Origin: Piromyces finnis finn | Lineage: Eukaryota > Fungi > Neocallimastigomycota | Length of the DNA: 64,000 bases | Direction: 5' to 3' | Assembly (NCBI GenBank): GCA_002104945.1 | Contig: MCFH01000039.1 | Location: 1-64,000 of the forward strand | Shown here: in pieces, positions 59,403-64,000 of the stretch | How the letters are laid out: each line of letters opens with the position of its first letter | Position numbering within the stretch: the first letter of the stretch is position 1 | Notes under the pieces: generated by a model | What the model was told of the DNA's origin: nothing | Seen by the model: only the letters and a program-made list of their open reading frames with translations | Databases searched by the model: none | Program-made: the position numbers and the translations under genes

Positions 59403-61214
59403 TCTTATATAACTTATTTGGAAGAAATAAGTTCCATTGTAAATAATTTACAAAAAGGTAAAAAACATTCTTTTACTTTTTTTCATATTTTTATTCTTAT
59501 TATGAAATACATACTTTAGTAATTCTAACAATTGTATAGTGTAATTACTTGTTGTTTGAATTTTTAATTTCGTATATTCAATAAATATCTTTATATTTAG
59601 TAAAAACACCTATTTTTTTTAAAACTAATTATATACACCCTTAACTTTTATATATTATTATTAAATGCATTATGTAAAAACAATTGAATTGAAATTGGGG
59701 GTTTGAAAACTTGTCTCTTCTATGACTATTATTATTATTAAAAAAAAAATGGATAAACTTTATTAGAACAAAGTCCACATTTAAGTAGCAAGAAATACAA
59801 GGAAACTTTGGAACAAATTCAAAAATTAAAAGATATTCTATGTAATTTAGAAGCATTTATAATTAAACAACGTAAATTAATAAAGGCAAAAAATAAAAAG
59901 AATAAGACTACAGTTTATTTAACTGATTCAGAAATTTCAAAAAATTTTTCAAGTACTTCACTTCCATCTTCAATTAATTCGTTTGGTTCAATTTTTGAAA
60001 AGTATGACCCCCAACTAAAAAATGATACTGAAGATTTAGAAAATGAACTCATAAAGTTTGATGAAATTAGCGGGTCTTTCAAGTCACCCCAAGGATATAT
60101 ATCTAACGTATTTGAAATGTCACCCTTAGCTCAAGCTAATCCTCAACAATCTGATTATCTATTAGATAATAATGTTCAAATAAAAACAGTCAATTCAAGT
60201 AAACCAATAGTGGTTAATAAAAATATATATGATGATACGAATGCTTTACCTAGTATGACTGCTAAAATAATATCGCAAGATCAAGTCGAAAATGGTGAAG
60301 GAGATGGGGTTAAAACACCAATACCTGTGACACCAAGAAAACATTCCATAGAAAAGGAATTATTTGAACAATACCAAAATACTTTGTCACCAGTAGTGAC
60401 TACACCTCCACAAAAACTTGAAACTTTAACCAAAGAAAAAGATGAATCAGGGGATGATAACGACGTGAATACCATAACATCCAATAAACCAAACAATGAA
60501 ACTGATATCGAAAATAGTAATAATGAATTTGATAACAATGAATTTGATAATGGTTATGCCTTCTATTCAGTGACCCCTATTCAAATAAAATCTAATCCTC
60601 AGGCTATACCAGATAATATTTCATCATCCGTTACAGAAGGAAAGTCAAAGTCAAGACTACTTAGTAAATTTATTAAAAAGAAGGATAAGGATGAGAAAAA
60701 AAAGAGTGGTCATTCATTAAAGAGTATTCTTTCATCTTCTCTAAGTTCAGAGGATGTTGAAAAAAGATTGGATATTTCATCCAATAGTTCAAATCAAAAT
60801 ATTTCTAGTAGTTTAGCAAGATCATTATCAAAAGATAACCATATACCAAGTCAATCAAGTTTTGAAGATATTATAAAGTCACCAGTTACTTATGAAAATA
60901 CCATCATGACGGATGGTGGTGATGATACTAGAGATGATAAAGAAAAGAATAGTCGTAGAAAATCATTTAAATCGTTACTCACTTCCTCATTAAAGGGCGA
61001 TCGATCTAAAAATTCAGTAAACACTTCTCAAACCTTACCTGACGAAGCCTCAATAACAGAAACAGAAACACCCGGCAAAAATGATGATACTTTAATATCA
61101 AAAACAAAGAAACATTCTATCTCCTTCTTTTCAAAATTGAGTAAGAATAATAATGACAATGGAAGTCAAATTGAAAATCATACCACCAGTTATAATGAGG
61201 ATAATGATAATACC

Positions 61215-61247
<33 letters not shown>

Positions 61248-64000
61248 AATAATAATAATGAAAATAATGAAAATAACATCGAAGATGAGGAAAAGGATAA
61301 CAATCATATAATTATTGGATCACCATCACAAATTATCGTTCAAGAGACAACTAATAATTCTGTTGCTTCATCTCATAAACGTTTTAAAAATGAGCATAGT
61401 AGGAACATTCCAAAGGATGGAAACCATAAATTACACCATCATCGTCGTCATCAAAAGAGAGAGAAAGATTCTAAAATTTCAAAGGAAGATGGGGGAGAGG
61501 AAGCACTTTTATTAGAAAACTTAACACCAAATACACGTCAAAAATATATTGGTGATGGTATTAAAAAGATTAGTAATGCCATATCATTATCAGCTGCCGA
61601 AGAATATGCGGATGACGAATTTTCTGGTACTGAAACAGACACTTCAGATTATGATTCTGAAATTCTTAATCTTTCGGATGATGATATGCCTCTTGCTAAA
61701 TTAATTATGATTAATGCTCTTCCTAAAACAGCCAGAACCGAATATTATATTTATATATCAAAGATGATAGAAAAACGTATGGAACAAAAATCTTACAATA
61801 CTCATCATGAAGATTCCCAATCCTTAAAAGATATCAATTTTACTTTTGTTAAACGTGAAGTTTACGACAAAAATAAGTTATTTGAATACAAGAGTGATAG
61901 TGAAATTGATTTTACCAATCCTGAATTAATGTATATTATGAAACGAAAGGTGGACAATGTCAGAAATAAGAATAAAACATCGCCAATCCCCCTTCGTACA
62001 AGAAAATCTATATCTGTCATGGAAACATTAAATACCGATAAGAATAGACTGCATGTATTAAGATTCTCAATGGATTATAAGGATGAAGTGCCGTCTTCAT
62101 CACTTGATGAAGAGAGTTTCATGGATGAGGAAGGAAATAAAAATCAATTGAGTATGGATCCTAGTGAAGATGAAAAATTCAAGACTACAGATCATTCCAA
62201 TAGTTCTTATAATGAATATTTTGATATGGAATTACCAGGTTGCAAAGATATTAGTTTTGAATCGTCATCAGAAATGGCTGAAAGAAATGATAAAGATGAA
62301 ATTCAAAAGAATAGTGAAGGTATTTTTGATTTTGATGATTTAGATCATCTTGACATTGAACAAGAGGATAATTCGGATGAAGAGGAAGAAGATGAAAATG
62401 AATTTAAATCAATGTTTGAAAAGAAATTTAACGTTAAAAATATTCATGATATTGATGGAAAACAAAAAATTATTAAACATAGAAATGAACAAAAGGGAAG
62501 ACATGAATATAACCATCATCATGGCCTAGGTAGTCATACTTTTAAAAAATCTACCTCTAAAGAAGATGCGGCTACTCCATTATCCATCAAGAAAGACACC
62601 ACTAATGAAAATATTACTATCTTTAATGATTATGATTCTATCGTACGTTCTCTGGAAAATTCTTTGACAGATCTTACAAGAAGAACGTCTGGAAGAAAAG
62701 AAAAAGATGAATTAGTGGATGGTAGATCTAATTTAAAAGAGGGAGAAGTAGATATGATGAGAAAAGAAGTTATTGATGTTTCATTACCACCTCCAGAGTT
62801 AGGTCGAAGAACATCTAGTATGAAAGAAAGTATAGATTCTCGATCCCATTCCAAAGAAGAGATGGATTCCTCTGTCAAAACCTCTTCTATTACTGCTGAG
62901 GCTACTGATGCTACTACAAATACTTCTTTAACCGGCGGTCTTACCAAGAAAAAATCTTCTTCCTTTGGTATGAAAGATGATCTAATAGAGTCTAGATCAC
63001 AATCGCTTGATGAAATCGACTCTTCTTCTAAAAATTATGATTCAAGAACTCGTTCAAGTGAAAGTTCTTCAAATGCGGAACCGGCGGTCAGAAAATCATT
63101 TAAGAAAGAAGATATTGAAGCAAGAATCCGTGCTGCAAGTGAACGCTTAGTTTCAAAACCAAGAGATGAAAGCAAATATACTATGTATGATACTTATGAA
63201 GAAAAATATTCTTCAAATGATAAATCAAAATCAAGTCAATATGCCGTGCCTAATGATAAAATATTACCTATTTCTTCAAGAGCTGTCAAGGAAAATCCAA
63301 AACGCACTTCTCGTGATTATGATGAAAGATATTTGAGAGAGGAGTACACCACCAGTCGTGATGAAGAAAGACGCAGTAGTCGTGATGATGATAAGTATTC
63401 TGATCGCTATGTTAGTCATGATATGTATTCTAGTCATGACAAGGATGAAAGACGTTTAAGTCGTGGTGATAGATATGACAATTATGACAATAAATATGAT
63501 AGTTTTGATGATCGCTACGACAGTCATGATGATCGCTATGACAGTCGTGAGGATCGCTATGACAGTTTTGATGATCGCTATGACAGCCGTGAAGATAGAT
63601 ATAGTAGTCGTGGAGAGGATAAATACGCTAGTCGTAATGAAGATCGATATGCCAGTCGTAACAGCAAGTTAAGATCTTCAAAATACGATAATTATGATAA
63701 TTCAGATACCTATAATACAAATGAAACGAATGATTCCTATAATGACACCTATGATCGTAACAATGATTCTTACGATTCCTATGAAAAATACAAAGAAGAT
63801 AAGTATTCTCGTCAAAGTGCTGGAAGCAATAAACAAAGATTAAAGGAAGATAGCTATGATCATTATGAACATACTTCTAGTAGTAGTAGAAACCATTATT
63901 CATTATTAAAAAAGAAGGTTTCAAGAGATGCGACATACTATAGTGAAGATAGTGATAGTGCCCTTGATAGTTATAATAGAGGAAAATCAAAAGATGATCA
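59403..64000 (+). CDS. Large intrinsically disordered Ser/Asp/Glu/Arg-rich protein; 5' end unresolved, 3' end beyond the window
   Basis: Exon 59403-59457 (SYITYLEEISSIVNNLQK, phase-1 donor) fits the acceptor tattag at 59766. The following exon 59767-64000 had no in-frame stop when read by eye. Contains poly-Asn, acidic tracts and YDSxDDR repeats. No recognisable folded domain. Confidence 0.75.
63495..63662 (+). repeat. Coding 21-bp (7-aa) tandem repeat YDS[FHR][DE]DR decaying into 8-aa variants
   Basis: YDSFDDR YDSHDDR YDSREDR YDSFDDR YDSREDR YSSRGEDK YASRNEDR YASRN. Confidence 0.88.

Noticed and set aside
59749-59766. ATG GAT AAA CTT TAT TAG, an apparent frameshifted start of the last gene
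   Set aside because: Better explained as an intron 3' end (tattag) joined in phase to exon 59403-59457

Overview
Extremely AT-rich, intron-rich eukaryotic DNA. It is almost certainly from an anaerobic gut fungus (Neocallimastigomycota), inferred from fungal dockerin (CBM10-like) modules, an intronless GH10 xylanase and long homopolymer/AAT tracts. The ORF track fragments most genes, so exons were rebuilt by eye from GT-AG boundaries and frame continuity. Genes in order: PCL/Pho80-type cyclin; Zn2Cys6 transcription factor (its Zn cluster lies in two micro-exons missed by the ORF track); full-length ABCB transporter; secreted multi-dockerin protein with no catalytic domain; ER Hsp70 (Lhs1/Grp170, KDEL); probably GPI-anchored GH10 xylanase; Chl1/DDX11 helicase; Rio2 kinase; STIMATE/YPL162C-like membrane protein; FIBP homolog; ribosomal protein uS2 (Rps0); two intronless paralogous 10-Cys secreted/GPI proteins; and a large disordered protein running off the window end. 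One LINE family occurs five times: a young 5'-truncated copy with a perfect 13-bp TSD nested in the RT region of a decayed copy, plus three head-to-tail 3' ends, the middle one a recombinant. The best novelty candidates are the 10-Cys GPI surface-protein pair, the enzyme-less dockerin protein with alternating 4-Cys modules, and the apparently self-nesting LINE. No rRNA, tRNA or CRISPR array was seen, and no database searches were run.
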